Source: a virus
Lineage: Duplodnaviria; Caudoviricetes
Length of the DNA stretch: 64,000 nucleotides
Virus record (IMG/VR): IMGVR_UViG_3300015615_000196
Coordinates: 32,001-96,000 of that record
Reading direction: 5' to 3' (one strand)
The position numbers and the translations under genes were made by a program. Positions 40,262 to 50,880 of the stretch are shown piece by piece (position 1 is the first letter of the stretch; each line of letters begins with the position of its first letter). The notes below the pieces were generated by a model that saw nothing but the letters and a program-made list of their open reading frames with translations, searched no databases and had not been told where the DNA came from.

Positions 40262-40922
40262 ATATATCAAACACAAAAGGTTTATTAATCGGGTCGTAGC
40301 TTCTGGTCATGAAGCTGGCGTTGTAGAATTTGACCCCATTGACTTCTGCCTCACCGTACCCTTCATGAATGTGTCCAAAGATATTAACTTTCAAGTCCTT
40401 CAACTCTCCGATCTTATTGAGCAGGTCTTTACATCCTACTTTCTTCTCAGGATTGTAACGGCTATCGTAAAGAACTTCATCGAGAATATTGTATGGAGGG
40501 CCGTGTGTGATCAATACGTTCGTGTCCAACGGAATCAAATCCCAATGTTTCTTTATTTCTTCGCCACGATCACGATTGAATGCCCAATTGTGAAACCAAG
40601 GAGTTATTGGTGATCCCCAAAACTTTACTCCGTCAATGGTCACACCACTATCATTCAGATAGTGTACATTATCCGGGAGAATTGTTTTCGCCATTCTTTC
40701 AGGATGACGTTCAAACCAGAAATCGTGATTTCCAGCAATGAAAATTTTGTGACCAAAGCCTTCCAATTTCAGAAACCAATCAAGAAAGTTTTTCACTTCT
40801 TGTTCAGTACCACGATAGGAAATGTCACCACCGCAGATTAATACATCAGCAGGGGGAAGCAAATCTAAATTAGAAAGGAGTTTGTGTTCAGTATGGGGGT
40901 CTGAGAATGCTGTAATTTTCAT
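40260..40922 (-). CDS. Calcineurin-like metallophosphoesterase
   Basis: SDPH, GGD, AGNHD, THGPP and FGHIHE motifs. Confidence 0.92.
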   Translation of the reverse strand: MKITAFSDPHTEHKLLSNLDLLPPADVLICGGDISYRGTEQEVKNFLDWFLKLEGFGHKIFIAGNHDFWFERHPERMAKTILPDNVHYLNDSGVTIDGVKFWGSPITPWFHNWAFNRDRGEEIKKHWDLIPLDTNVLITHGPPYNILDEVLYDSRYNPEKKVGCKDLLNKIGELKDLKVNIFGHIHEGYGEAEVNGVKFYNASFMTRSYDPINKPFVFDI

Positions 40923-41303
40923 TTAGTGTCGGTGTCTTCTTGATCTGATTCCTCTTCGTCATCATCTTCATCAATGACTTCTGTATTACTGCCATCAGCG
41001 AAATTCCATTCGTATCGTGCAGCGTTTTGTTTGTAGTCATTGATTTCTACCTTATCAACACTGAATGAAATGGTGCTACCCTGCGTGAGCGTTTGAGCAA
41101 TGTATCCATGAAGTTGATCAGAAGGAATCAAATGAAATTTCTCAACTGGACAATAGAAGCCCTCACTGCCATCGTTGGCATAGACGACTTCCATGTATTC
41201 CTCTGGCTTCTCTTCTCGCTTTTCAATTTCGCGTTTTACCCGGCCTTGCAGCCAACTTAGTTCGTACTCATTGAGTAGACCAAAGTCTATGTCATCAATA
41301 TTT

Positions 41304-42050
41304 CTACCCATTCCTTAGAATCTGAAAGTATCTATCTTTCAGTAATCGGAGGTAAATATCGTTAGGAATTCCGTAATTTCCAATAGCCCACATATCGTTA
41401 AATTCAACGACTGCGTTTTCATTGCTGTGTGACCACGTACTGTTCTCAGGGTCGCCCATAAACACACCAATATCGATGGTATAGGCATCCGGGAAATCGG
41501 CCTTATTTTCCTGAATAACTTGTTCAACGTAATAGGGGTTAAACATCAGGCAGTAGTCTCCTGAATAGTTTCGAGCATCGACCATCTTATTGTGATGGAC
41601 ATAGACTCTCCATTCGCTTTCAAGTTTTCTCGAAAACGGCTGATACGCGAAAACCTTTGTGTCGTCCGGCAGGTCGTTGAGTATCGTGTACTTCATTCCA
41701 TCAAGAACGAGTCCAGTGAATATTTTCAATTCCAATGGTTTGATGAAAAGTTTCTCACCAGCATCGGCACGAGTCTTTGCTTCGAGCAATGTGATGATCT
41801 CGGATTTACGATTTGAATTCCGGGGAAGGCGTATTTCTCCCTTACCCAACTGTCTGAAAACTTCACGCATGAAGTCAGTTGAACCAACGGCAAGATTTTG
41901 ACGCAATAAACCATTTAGACGACCAGATTGTACTTCTTCAAACGAAGTCAATCGAACGTCCATGCAATTGTCCATTGCACCGTACCACGCACAAGCAGCA
42001 TCGAAATGATGGGCGTGTGTTCTCTCGCTATTTGACTGAACTAATACCAT
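41304..42050 (-). CDS. ATP-grasp domain protein (DUF4343/R2K-like)
   Basis: FIKP...K.FTG, SEWRVYV, YTIDIG and VVEFND motifs. Confidence 0.75.
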   Translation of the reverse strand: MVLVQSNSERTHAHHFDAACAWYGAMDNCMDVRLTSFEEVQSGRLNGLLRQNLAVGSTDFMREVFRQLGKGEIRLPRNSNRKSEIITLLEAKTRADAGEKLFIKPLELKIFTGLVLDGMKYTILNDLPDDTKVFAYQPFSRKLESEWRVYVHHNKMVDARNYSGDYCLMFNPYYVEQVIQENKADFPDAYTIDIGVFMGDPENSTWSHSNENAVVEFNDMWAIGNYGIPNDIYLRLLKDRYFQILRNG

Positions 42051-43062
42051 GCTTTAATTCGTTAGGCGTTACTTTATCGTGCATCCAATGTGTGTCTCCG
42101 ATTTGAAATCTTGAGGAAACAAATTTTGCAACTGATGTTGAAAATTCATCGTACTCAAATTCTCCTGCCAATCGAATCACATAACCTTCGCAAGGGTCTC
42201 CATCGTATTCGGGTTTGTAGAGATCACGAATTTGATCGTAATCAAAAATTCCCCGATACAACACCGGAACAGGAGTGAGTCCAAACAACTCACAAATGTC
42301 AAGTGTGTCGTCCCATGACATGCACATTGTTTCTCGCCATATTGAATAGACGTAGAAATATGTGCTCAAATTTTTGTAATGAATGGTGTGCTTGGCAAAC
42401 ATATTCTCGCCACAGATACGATCACGTTCATCGAGAATGTAATTAATGTTTCCCCACAAGCCCTTCACCCAATCACGGGACGGATGCTTTCCAGAATTGA
42501 TTGATCTGGCGTGAATGTGATCTTTGTACATGGTTGTGTTCTCTCCATCAAGTTTCACCGTCACAATTACTTCCTTCCCTGTAAAATGCGTTATCGAGTC
42601 GAGAACCCTGTCGTCCTTCGTCATCTTTTCACTCCAAGGCAAATGTGGAGTTCTCGGATATTTTACGTGTTTCATCAAAAACTTATTTAAGATTTCGGCA
42701 GGTAAGATTTTCTGAACTTGTTCTGCCGAGAACATTTCTCCCGGTATTCGATACCCCTCTTCCAGAACAATATTACCCCACTTGTCGTATACGTAATCCG
42801 GGTCAAAATGTTGCGGGAGAACCAATATTTTTATCCCTGCCCGTGTCCGCAAATCCTCACAGGACAGCACGGTTTGTTCGGCCAGAATATGACATTTGGC
42901 ACACAAAGAAACGCCATTTTCCATATAGTAGCCACCATCTTCGAACAATTTTCGCTCAATGATATGGTGGGCATCTACGGCAATATCTCCACACCAGACG
43001 CACTTTTGCTTGTCCCGCTTGAAAATATTTTCCCTGAAATCGTCTCTTTTTAACAAAACCAT
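42028..43062 (-). CDS. HNH domain fused to RNA ligase (Rnl2-like family)
   Basis: CVWCG...DAHHI...NGVSLCAKCH; KYPRTPHLPWS, TVKLDGENT and EGYVIR. Confidence 0.85.
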   Translation of the reverse strand: MVLLKRDDFRENIFKRDKQKCVWCGDIAVDAHHIIERKLFEDGGYYMENGVSLCAKCHILAEQTVLSCEDLRTRAGIKILVLPQHFDPDYVYDKWGNIVLEEGYRIPGEMFSAEQVQKILPAEILNKFLMKHVKYPRTPHLPWSEKMTKDDRVLDSITHFTGKEVIVTVKLDGENTTMYKDHIHARSINSGKHPSRDWVKGLWGNINYILDERDRICGENMFAKHTIHYKNLSTYFYVYSIWRETMCMSWDDTLDICELFGLTPVPVLYRGIFDYDQIRDLYKPEYDGDPCEGYVIRLAGEFEYDEFSTSVAKFVSSRFQIGDTHWMHDKVTPNELKHGISSVK

Positions 43063-43098
43063 GCAACAAAATTAATAGATTTGCGTATAACAGAAAAT

Positions 43099-44010
43099 AT
43101 GGATAGAAGAGTTTTAGAAGTTATTGCCACTGTCGGCATCCCTGCAAGCGGGAAGAGTACTTGGTCGATTCAAAAGATCAAGAACGATCCTTCTTTTGTC
43201 AGAATTAATCGTGACGATTTTCGTTTCATGATGAAGGATGCCCCTGTGTGCGATCCAAAGATTGAAGGTATCATTTCCAAGTTGGTCTTGAATGCCGTTG
43301 ACGTTTGCTTGATGAAGAATCTCAGCGTCATCGTTGATCAGACTCACTTGAAGGCTGAGTATATCGAAGCCCTTGCTGAACACGTAAAGTATCGTGCAAA
43401 CTTCCGTGTGCAGTTGTTCGACATTTCGCTTGACAAAGCGATTGAGCGTGACAACGCCCGTGAGAAGAAGGTCGGTGAAGCCGTGATCAGAAAGATGTGG
43501 AAGGACTACCGTAGTCTTGTTGACGGTAACGGAAAGATTTTCGAAAGCAGATCGATCCAGAAGCATGTCTACAAGAACCCGGTTTACGTTCCTACTCTTG
43601 AGGAAGTGATCTTGTGTGACCTTGACGGTACACTTGCTCACATGAACGGAAAGAGAGGGCCATTCGAATGGTTGAAGACTGACATCGATGACCTTGATGA
43701 AATTGTCGCAAAGACAATCAAGGATCACGTTGCGCTTGGACATAAGGTCATCTTTATGTCTGGTCGTGATGAAGAAGGTCGTGAGAAGACTGAGCAGTGG
43801 CTCGAATTCTACGGCTTCAAGTATCATGCATTGTACATGCGTAAGCGTGGAGACTTCCGTAAGGATAACATCGTGAAGGAAGAACTCTACAATGAGCATA
43901 TCAAGGGCAAGTACAACGTCCGTGTCATCTACGATGACCGACAACAAGTTGTAGATATGTGGAGATCGCTTGGTCTCAAGGTTTTCCAAGTTGAAAAGGG
44001 AGATTTTTAA
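43099..44010 (+). CDS. pseT: Polynucleotide 5'-kinase / 3'-phosphatase (T4 PseT-like)
   Basis: GIPASGKST, INRDDFR, CDLDGTLA, SGR and DDRQQVV motifs. Confidence 0.93.
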   Translation: MDRRVLEVIATVGIPASGKSTWSIQKIKNDPSFVRINRDDFRFMMKDAPVCDPKIEGIISKLVLNAVDVCLMKNLSVIVDQTHLKAEYIEALAEHVKYRANFRVQLFDISLDKAIERDNAREKKVGEAVIRKMWKDYRSLVDGNGKIFESRSIQKHVYKNPVYVPTLEEVILCDLDGTLAHMNGKRGPFEWLKTDIDDLDEIVAKTIKDHVALGHKVIFMSGRDEEGREKTEQWLEFYGFKYHALYMRKRGDFRKDNIVKEELYNEHIKGKYNVRVIYDDRQQVVDMWRSLGLKVFQVEKGDF

Positions 44011-44021
44011 TCTCCCTTTTT
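43994..44021 (+). terminator. Intrinsic terminator
   Basis: AAAAGGGAGA-tttttaa-TCTCCCTTTTT. Confidence 0.7.
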
Positions 44022-44235
44022 CTTTGTAGTTTTGGGGGTTCTACAACTATTTATACCTATATCATGGACACACAAGAGCCAAAAAAACTCACTGCATCCG
44101 ATGTGGCGAAATTCTTGGGGGTTGAGAAAGAATTCAAAGATGCTCTTTTCGAGCAGGAAATGAAGGAAACCTACGAGAATTTCAAAAACGGGGAAGAAGT
44201 GAGTGTTAATCTTACCCCGGATGATGAACAAGTAA

Positions 44236-45741
44236 ATGAGCCAAATCAATGAAGCCTTTTCGGTCAGTAGAGGAAAAGACGAACGTGGAAACGTAATTGC
44301 ATTTATAGACCCTTCGAAACCAGAGAACGCAAAGAGTTTCGACTACAGACAGGTCTTCAAAGATCACGGGGCAAAGTGGAATCCAAACAGTAAATTCTGG
44401 TACTGGTATGTTGGTAAAACCGAAGACCAGTGGAGAAACGTTTTCAGCAAATTCATTGAACCAGCACTTAAAGCCGTACACGGTAAAGAAGGTGCAAGCG
44501 AAGATGACAGCAAAGCAGCAGTCATTGCATCATTGGATGCTCTCATTTCTCAAATTGAGACAACTCCTATCGCTTCAACTGATGTGAAACTTTCACCTCA
44601 GCAAGAAGAAACAATCAAGAACAAACTTTTACAATTCAAGCAACGACTTGTTAACATCGAAAACGATGAAGACTTCAAAGCAGCCGTTGCAGCAGTAATC
44701 AAATTCAAGAACGCACAGGGTTACAAATTTTCATTCGGTAACTCTATTTTAATTCTTATCCAGAATCCTCGTGCAACCATCGTCAACAGCAAGACCAATT
44801 GGGAGAAGTACTACAATCGTACTGTGAAACCAGATGCGCAGCCGTTGATGGTCTATGCTCCTAATAGCGTAGGTGGTGGTATGTCTGCCGACAAGAAAGA
44901 AGAAGCAGAGAAAAATTACCTTGCAAAGATCGGCAAGACCAAAGACAAAATGAGTCCACATGAAAAGATCGTTCTTCAAAGTCTTCAAAGAGGTTACGGT
45001 TATGCAAAGTCATTTACATTCGTAAGCGTATATGACGTTGCTGACACGCAACAGATCGAAGGCAAAGAAGACTTCATCAAAGGCACTGAGGACAGAAATA
45101 AATTAAAGTGGCACGAAGAAAACAACATCACCGAAGAAGTAAGACCTCTTTATACTGCATTGCTTAATATCGCAAAAGAGAAAGGCATTGACGTAAGCAT
45201 GGCCGACACTCTTGGTGGTGCAAGAGGTGTGAGCAGCAGTGGACGTATTCAAATTTTAAAGAACGAAGGTAATGACGTTGGTTTAACCAAGACCCTTGCC
45301 CATGAACTTGCTCACGAATTTCTCCACCAGACCTATCTTGGTACAAGAGATAAAGAACTCGGTAAGTTCTTCATCGGTAAAACAGAAGGTAAAGATGCCA
45401 TTGAACAGCAAGCGGAAATCGCTGCATGGATGATCATGGATGCCTTTGGATTCGATGTAAAAACTACTTCATTAAACTACGCAGTCATTTGGGGTGGTGA
45501 CAAAGAAAAGATGGTTAAAGTATTTGATACGGTTGCTGGTGTTGTAAACAAAATTATTGACGACATCAACTCACAGTTGAAAAAGAATGTATCGGAAAAT
45601 ACTGGCCAGCCAAGACTTGGTCAACACGTTTCACCGCAAGAAATCGCAAATTTCATTGGCGTTGGAAACGAGTATTCACAAGAAGCCAAGCGTGAATCGA
45701 TGCTTGAAAACTTCTATCGAAAGGTTAACATCATTCGATAA
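44236..45741 (+). CDS. ArdC-like protein (ssDNA-binding region plus HExxH metallopeptidase domain)
   Basis: FSFGNSILILIQNPRAT, VYDVADT and LAHELAHE...EQQAE motifs. Confidence 0.7.
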   Translation: MSQINEAFSVSRGKDERGNVIAFIDPSKPENAKSFDYRQVFKDHGAKWNPNSKFWYWYVGKTEDQWRNVFSKFIEPALKAVHGKEGASEDDSKAAVIASLDALISQIETTPIASTDVKLSPQQEETIKNKLLQFKQRLVNIENDEDFKAAVAAVIKFKNAQGYKFSFGNSILILIQNPRATIVNSKTNWEKYYNRTVKPDAQPLMVYAPNSVGGGMSADKKEEAEKNYLAKIGKTKDKMSPHEKIVLQSLQRGYGYAKSFTFVSVYDVADTQQIEGKEDFIKGTEDRNKLKWHEENNITEEVRPLYTALLNIAKEKGIDVSMADTLGGARGVSSSGRIQILKNEGNDVGLTKTLAHELAHEFLHQTYLGTRDKELGKFFIGKTEGKDAIEQQAEIAAWMIMDAFGFDVKTTSLNYAVIWGGDKEKMVKVFDTVAGVVNKIIDDINSQLKKNVSENTGQPRLGQHVSPQEIANFIGVGNEYSQEAKRESMLENFYRKVNIIR

Positions 45742-46065
45742 AATAAATCACAAAATCCGGGCTGAAAGTTCTTACTTACAGTATGTATATGTAAGGTAAG
45801 AAAGCTATGAAAAAAATTTTCAACAAGGCCACTTTGTCACTGACAATTCTGGCCCTAATTGTCGTATCGACAGAATGTTCTCCAACATTCAAATCAAAAT
45901 TCTATCACGATAAGTTTAATCCCTGCTCTCCCGGCCCATATCAAGACAACATTGAGTGTGAGAACTGGAAAAAACTTTTCCCAAAAGAATATCAGAAGTA
46001 TCAACAGAGAATCAAAAACGCTGCTAAAGGCAGTTAATTAATTTAATTATTCAAAATAAAAAACT

Positions 46066-47571
46066 ATGGCTATTACGTCAATCTCTCCAAATAGTGGTGT
46101 TGGTGGCGATCCGTTCACAATTATCGGAACTGATTTTAATGCACTTTACGCAAACAATGCAACTGTTGAAGTTAAGGCACTCCTAAGTATAACCTACCAA
46201 TGGACTGCTGAGACTCGCACTTATGGTTACAACGTTTCAGGTTCACACACAAACACAACTATTTCTTGTGTCGCACCAAACTACAATGGTAGAGGCACAA
46301 TGTCATTTAGTGTATTCCAAAACAATAATATTGTTGGTACATTCGCATACTCTTATCCGAATTCTACAGTTACATCTTGTAGTTTAGATACGAATAGTGT
46401 CCTTACACCGGGAAGTAGTACAATTACAGTAAATGGCACTAATCTACAATATTTGACCCTTAATCTTATTTATTTTTTGGGGATGATGACTTTAGGGACT
46501 CCTACTGTTACTGGCATTACCTACAATGGAGATTATTCACAGTTATCATTCACATTACCATACGATCCATATGTAACACAATCACACGGAATTAGATTAA
46601 TGATCGGCACAGGCGGTGGATATGGTTACAATAGTACTGAAAATCTCTACAATCACGCAATTACTTATCCAAGCCCAACCATTCAAAGCATAGTACCAGC
46701 AGGTGGTACTACATATGGAGGTTGGTATGGAAACAATAGTTTCAATACTATCACCATATATGGACAAAATTTATGGGGAATGGGATATGCGAAGGTTGGT
46801 AGCGAGTCTTGTAACGTAGTTAGTATTTCACCAGATGGAACACAAATGGTGATTTTTAAACCAACTGGAAATCTTAATGGCAGTAGTAGTGGCTATGTAA
46901 GTATTGGAACTGCTTCAAGTAATATTTTGGTAACAGGCACTCAATGGTATCCTTGTATCTTAACACCATTCATTGATTCATTCTATCCTCAAAGTGGCCC
47001 TGCTGGAACTACAGTTGACATTTATGGCTACAACTTAGTCAGAAATAATCCTCAGTGGGTTGTTCCAAGTGTTACATTTAATGGCGTTCCGGCTGTTGTT
47101 GACACTAACTTTAATGGTGGTGGTCATATTAGAGTGACTGCACCACTTTCGTACACTGGTAGAATCGTTGTAACTAATAATGTTACAGGTTCACATACAA
47201 GTGCAATTGATTATACGTATCCACCAGTAGCAATTAACGTAAATTTTTCAACCAATATAATGGGTGGTGGTGGATCAATCACATCGATTCAGTATTCTAA
47301 AAACGGTGGAGCATGGACGACAATGGGAAGAGGGACAAACATCTATAATACTGACTACATGCAATACAGAGCAACGTTTACAAAGGCAAGTGGATACAAT
47401 TATATGGATGTTCAAATCACGGTTCCACCAGTTGGAAATTGCATGAATGATTCTTCATCAACATCCCCAATTACAAGAAGTACGTGGGGTAGTTTCAGAA
47501 GCCTTTCAAGTTACACTGTTTACTTTGGTGTAAACAGCTACGGGACAGGTGGCGGTGGAGGAATTCACTAA
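46066..47571 (+). CDS. IPT/TIG-repeat (Ig-like) protein, probably virion surface
   Basis: ITSISPNSG...FTIIG, PTIQSIVPAGG and IDSFYPQSGPAGTTVDIYG repeats; G/S/T/N-rich. Confidence 0.75.
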   Translation: MAITSISPNSGVGGDPFTIIGTDFNALYANNATVEVKALLSITYQWTAETRTYGYNVSGSHTNTTISCVAPNYNGRGTMSFSVFQNNNIVGTFAYSYPNSTVTSCSLDTNSVLTPGSSTITVNGTNLQYLTLNLIYFLGMMTLGTPTVTGITYNGDYSQLSFTLPYDPYVTQSHGIRLMIGTGGGYGYNSTENLYNHAITYPSPTIQSIVPAGGTTYGGWYGNNSFNTITIYGQNLWGMGYAKVGSESCNVVSISPDGTQMVIFKPTGNLNGSSSGYVSIGTASSNILVTGTQWYPCILTPFIDSFYPQSGPAGTTVDIYGYNLVRNNPQWVVPSVTFNGVPAVVDTNFNGGGHIRVTAPLSYTGRIVVTNNVTGSHTSAIDYTYPPVAINVNFSTNIMGGGGSITSIQYSKNGGAWTTMGRGTNIYNTDYMQYRATFTKASGYNYMDVQITVPPVGNCMNDSSSTSPITRSTWGSFRSLSSYTVYFGVNSYGTGGGGGIH

Positions 47572-47574
47572 AAA

Positions 47575-47607
47575 TAAAAAGGGGCTTTAAAGCCCCTTTA
47601 TTTTTTT
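47575..47607. terminator. Bidirectional terminator
   Basis: AAAAAGGGGC-tttaaa-GCCCCTTTATTTTTT between convergent genes. Confidence 0.75.
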
Positions 47608-48090
47608 CAGGATAATTGGATCACTCAGGATAATGACTTTGTTGTCAAGTGTTCCATCGAAAGATGTTACACTTACCCAACTACCATCATACGGATTTAC
47701 CATATTCGCATGACTGGTCATTTCTGTGAATGTGGCGTTAGGAACAAACTTACTCAGTTGTGTAAAATTACCTGAACAAACAGGGCATGTACCAATGTTG
47801 TTTTGAAATGAGAAGCTATACGTTCCGTTTTCATAAGCAACCTTTTGTTGATCGCCTACGGTCACGGCATATGCAGTCTTGCCCAAGTAAGTGACACGGT
47901 TATTCGTTGTGAAAAGAGAATCACCCTTTACTGGTGATTTGATTTTTATGATGTCGAAGGTGATTACCACATCACTGTTTTCGATTTGCCATGTACCAAG
48001 AATTGGATTCACATACACCGGGGTCGGATCGTTCTTCTGGCAAGCCGATACCAACATCACAAAAACACCCAAAATCAGTGCCTTTTTCAT
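47587..48090 (-). CDS. Lipoprotein
   Basis: Signal peptide with lipobox VSAC followed by QKND. Confidence 0.7.
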   Translation of the reverse strand: MKKALILGVFVMLVSACQKNDPTPVYVNPILGTWQIENSDVVITFDIIKIKSPVKGDSLFTTNNRVTYLGKTAYAVTVGDQQKVAYENGTYSFSFQNNIGTCPVCSGNFTQLSKFVPNATFTEMTSHANMVNPYDGSWVSVTSFDGTLDNKVIILSDPIILKKIKGL

Positions 48091-48105
48091 AGTCTTTTTT
48101 TATTT

Positions 48106-48129
48106 ATACGGCTAAACCATGAAAAGGTT
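48106..48129 (-). promoter_or_regulatory. AACCTTTT-N11-CGTAT promoter
   Basis: Motif copy upstream of the lipoprotein. Confidence 0.7.
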
Positions 48130-48858
48130 TCCCAAAACGGGAATTAAATTATATGTTCTTCTCTCGGTATGGTTTCCTTTATTGGAACAAATCCAGCTTG
48201 AATTTCGTCATCGATGTCAGGGAGAAAACTTAATTTAGTTTTCTTCTTCCTGTTACCTTCGTTTTCCCAAAACCAAAAACACATTGCTGCGCTATCCCAC
48301 ATCGCTACGATCATAGGTTGATCTTTTGAATAGACTGTATAATTCTGCATTATATAGCCCGAATAATAATACCCATCTTTCAGGGTTGCTTTCTGCAACA
48401 CGTTAATCATACGTCACAAATTTAAAAATGAAATAAAAAGTCCACCCTGAGCGACCTGTTCAATGGGAAGGCGGGTGGACATGTTAAGGATAAATACTGA
48501 CCCTGAGAACGATTCACAACTAAAGTAGAATTAATGCCAGATGTTTCACCAGCACGTTTGGTCAGGAATATTACCAGTATCTATACCTTATTCTCTCGAT
48601 TCTTTCCTAAATGATAACCGTCACACCAGAGGCATTTATAGTTACTGAAATAAACGCCCCTCTTCTCAGACATTTTCTTTGCTGATTTTTGAGCCGTCTC
48701 TTTCGTGTTGTAACTCACCTTCGGTTCACCATTATCTCTCAAATGGCTGCGCTTATCAATCAGACCAAGTAAGTGACCTTTGAAAAGATTTCTCATTAAT
48801 CTCTTCATCGGTAGCTGGTCTTTAAACGCCAGTCTTATGTTTCTTAACTTGATCATAG

Positions 48859-48940
48859 TGGGAGCAGTAGGACTCGAACCTACGAAGCCCGGAGGCGACA
48901 GATTTACAGTCTGTTGTAATTGCCGCTATACGATACTCCC
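48859..48940 (-). tRNA. tRNA-Tyr(GTA)
   Basis: Type II, loop CUGUAAA. Confidence 0.9.
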
Positions 48941-48946
48941 AACGGT

Positions 48947-49318
48947 TTATCGCAGTTCAACCTCAGCACCAGCATTCAACAACTGGTTCTTGATGTTCTC
49001 TGCATTCTCTTTCGAGACACCTTCCGAAATTACTTTTGGCGCACCGTCCACAAGGTCTTTCGATTCCTTCAAGCCGATGTTAAGAAGGTCTTTCACCAAC
49101 TTAACGATTTGAAGTTTGTTTGCACCTGCTGATTTAAGAACGATGTCAAAATTTGACTTTTCTGCTGGTACATAGTCCCCATCACCCGGTGGATGATAAA
49201 TTGGTGCTGCGACTGATTGCTCAATCCCATACGTCTCCTTTAAATACTCTGCAAGTTCTTTTACCTCTTTGACAGAGAGATTCACAAGTTGATCACCGAG
49301 TGCTTTTACATCTTTCAT
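48947..49318 (-). CDS. rplL: Ribosomal protein bL12 (L7/L12)
   Basis: QLVNLSVKEVKELAEYLKETYGIE; FDIVLKSAGANKL...GLKESKDLVDGAP...AGAEVEL. Confidence 0.95.
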   Translation of the reverse strand: MKDVKALGDQLVNLSVKEVKELAEYLKETYGIEQSVAAPIYHPPGDGDYVPAEKSNFDIVLKSAGANKLQIVKLVKDLLNIGLKESKDLVDGAPKVISEGVSKENAENIKNQLLNAGAEVELR

Positions 49319-49959
49319 ACAGTTACAAGTTTTACGTCCTTCATTTCTGATTCAAACAAAGATACGTCTTTTTTTCTTAATCTTTCAAACCAGTCATCGG
49401 TTTTGATTTTACAGTAGTACAATTCAGGTCTCCCTTTCTTCGTTACTGAAACACCCTTACAGATGACTCCTTCCGTCAAGTTGAATTCGTTGGCTTTTAC
49501 TCGCGCAACCAATTCCTTATTTAAGTTTCCTTCATACACCACTCGCGGTATTCCAACCGATCCGAAATCCTTGACGAAATCTCTCGGTGGTACAAATCCG
49601 TTTTTGTATTGATCAACGTCAAAAAGAACGATGTCAAATTCATCGTTACCAAATTCGTGCTGACCAAATGCTGACTTCGTTCCAACCAGTTCAGCGTAGC
49701 AAACGAAACTCAAAATATTTCTGTACTCCCGTGATCGAAATATCTTGGAGAGAGATTCGTTGTACTTGTTCATGAACAAATCAATTGCGAATCCGAACTC
49801 GGAATTTTTGTCGATCATTTGTTTCCGAGTACCGAACTTGTAGAAGCCACGCTTGTGCGAGTATTCAAATCGCAAGTTCGATCCATCCAATTTATCAAAT
49901 GCAACTATTGGTAGTCCCCAATAATCACCGTAGTACTCAATACTATCGTACTGTTTCAT
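49315..49959 (-). CDS. RNA ligase-family nucleotidyltransferase
   Basis: DKLDGSN (KxDG), AELVG, LFDV, EGVICK and KIKT; start at MKQYD after tRNA-Tyr. Confidence 0.7.
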   Translation of the reverse strand: MKQYDSIEYYGDYWGLPIVAFDKLDGSNLRFEYSHKRGFYKFGTRKQMIDKNSEFGFAIDLFMNKYNESLSKIFRSREYRNILSFVCYAELVGTKSAFGQHEFGNDEFDIVLFDVDQYKNGFVPPRDFVKDFGSVGIPRVVYEGNLNKELVARVKANEFNLTEGVICKGVSVTKKGRPELYYCKIKTDDWFERLRKKDVSLFESEMKDVKLVTV

Positions 49960-49968
49960 AAATAAAGT

Positions 49969-50054
49969 TGGTGGGCAGGGAGGGATTCGAACCCCCGAAC
50001 TCCGAAGAGGACGCATTTACAGTGCGTTGCCGTTAACCACTTGGCTACCTACCC
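49969..50054 (-). tRNA. tRNA-Tyr(GTA)
   Basis: Type II; CCA. Confidence 0.93.
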
Positions 50055-50061
50055 ATTGATG

Positions 50062-50133
50062 TACCCTCGGAGAGATTCGAACTCTCGACTCGCTGATTAA
50101 GAGTCAGCTACTCTACCACTGAGTTACGAAGGT
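50062..50133 (-). tRNA. tRNA-Lys(CTT)
   Basis: Loop CUCUUAA. Confidence 0.9.
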
Positions 50134-50138
50134 ATCTG

Positions 50139-50211
50139 TTCCCCTGTTTGGAATCGAACCAAACCCCACTGATTAAGAGTCAGTTGCCTACAGCCAGTTT
50201 GCTACAGAGGA
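50139..50211 (-). tRNA. tRNA-Lys(CTT)
   Basis: Loop CUCUUAA. Confidence 0.85.
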
Positions 50212-50218
50212 ATATAAG

Positions 50219-50365
50219 TGGGATAGAGGGGAATTGCACCAATCGAAAGCCACAGCTAAATCTTTATGTACAATATTACAAATAGCCTAATCTTTCTTTT
50301 ATTTACCTTAGCCTTTTGAGCACCGTCTTCATGACGGCTCCGTTCATTTCACGAAAAGCTATCCC
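50219..50365 (-). ncRNA. tRNA-like RNA with a long insert
   Basis: GGGAUAG/CUAUCCC acceptor with A73; GCCGUC/GACGGU arm; degenerate T-arm. Confidence 0.4.
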
Positions 50366-50449
50366 ATATTTCAAAGAACGTGGGGATTGTACTGTGGCGA
50401 TTTCTCGATCTGACTGAACAGATTGCACATACTACTTCGTCCCCGAAAG

Positions 50450-50522
50450 TACCCCCATTTGGAATCGAACCAAACCCTTCTGGTTAAAAGCCAGAAGCCC
50501 ACGACCAGTCTGCTATGGAGGC
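50450..50522 (-). tRNA. tRNA-Lys(TTT)
   Basis: Loop CUUUUAA. Confidence 0.85.
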
Positions 50523-50531
50523 ATAACTGTG

Positions 50532-50604
50532 TGTCCCCGGAGAGGTTCGAACTCTCGACTCCCACATTAAAAGTGTGGTACTCTACCAACTGAGTTACAG
50601 AGAC
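50532..50604 (-). tRNA. tRNA-Lys(TTT)
   Basis: Loop CUUUUAA. Confidence 0.92.
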
Positions 50605-50621
50605 TTTATTTAAGTTTTCTG

Positions 50622-50709
50622 TGCACCCGGTGGGAATCGAACCCACTTTATGCTTGCGCCTTTATTGATTAAAAGTCAATTGCCTCAATCTCCGGTCGGC
50701 CACGAGTGC
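50622..50709 (-). tRNA. tRNA-Lys(TTT) with long variable region
   Basis: Loop CUUUUAA; ~17-nt variable region. Confidence 0.78.
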
Positions 50710-50805
50710 AGAGTTTTATCATCCACTCCCGTGTACGGGGTGGAGACTAAGGTTTTCGTTTCAATCTTAAAGCGTAATACATAAAATGTTCGTTCAAATG
50801 TTCTG

Positions 50806-50876
50806 TGGGTTAGGAGGGATTCGAACCCTCGTGCCTACGTTTTACAGACGTTGCCCAATGCCCCGTTGTCCAACCC
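50806..50876 (-). tRNA. tRNA-Tyr(GTA), short variable loop, atypical D-arm
   Basis: ACGU-CUGUAAA-ACGU. Confidence 0.7.
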
Positions 50877-50880
50877 GTAT

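Noticed and set aside
43114-43989. 291-aa antisense ORF opposite PNKP
   Set aside because: In-register shadow of a codon-biased gene; no motifs or start context
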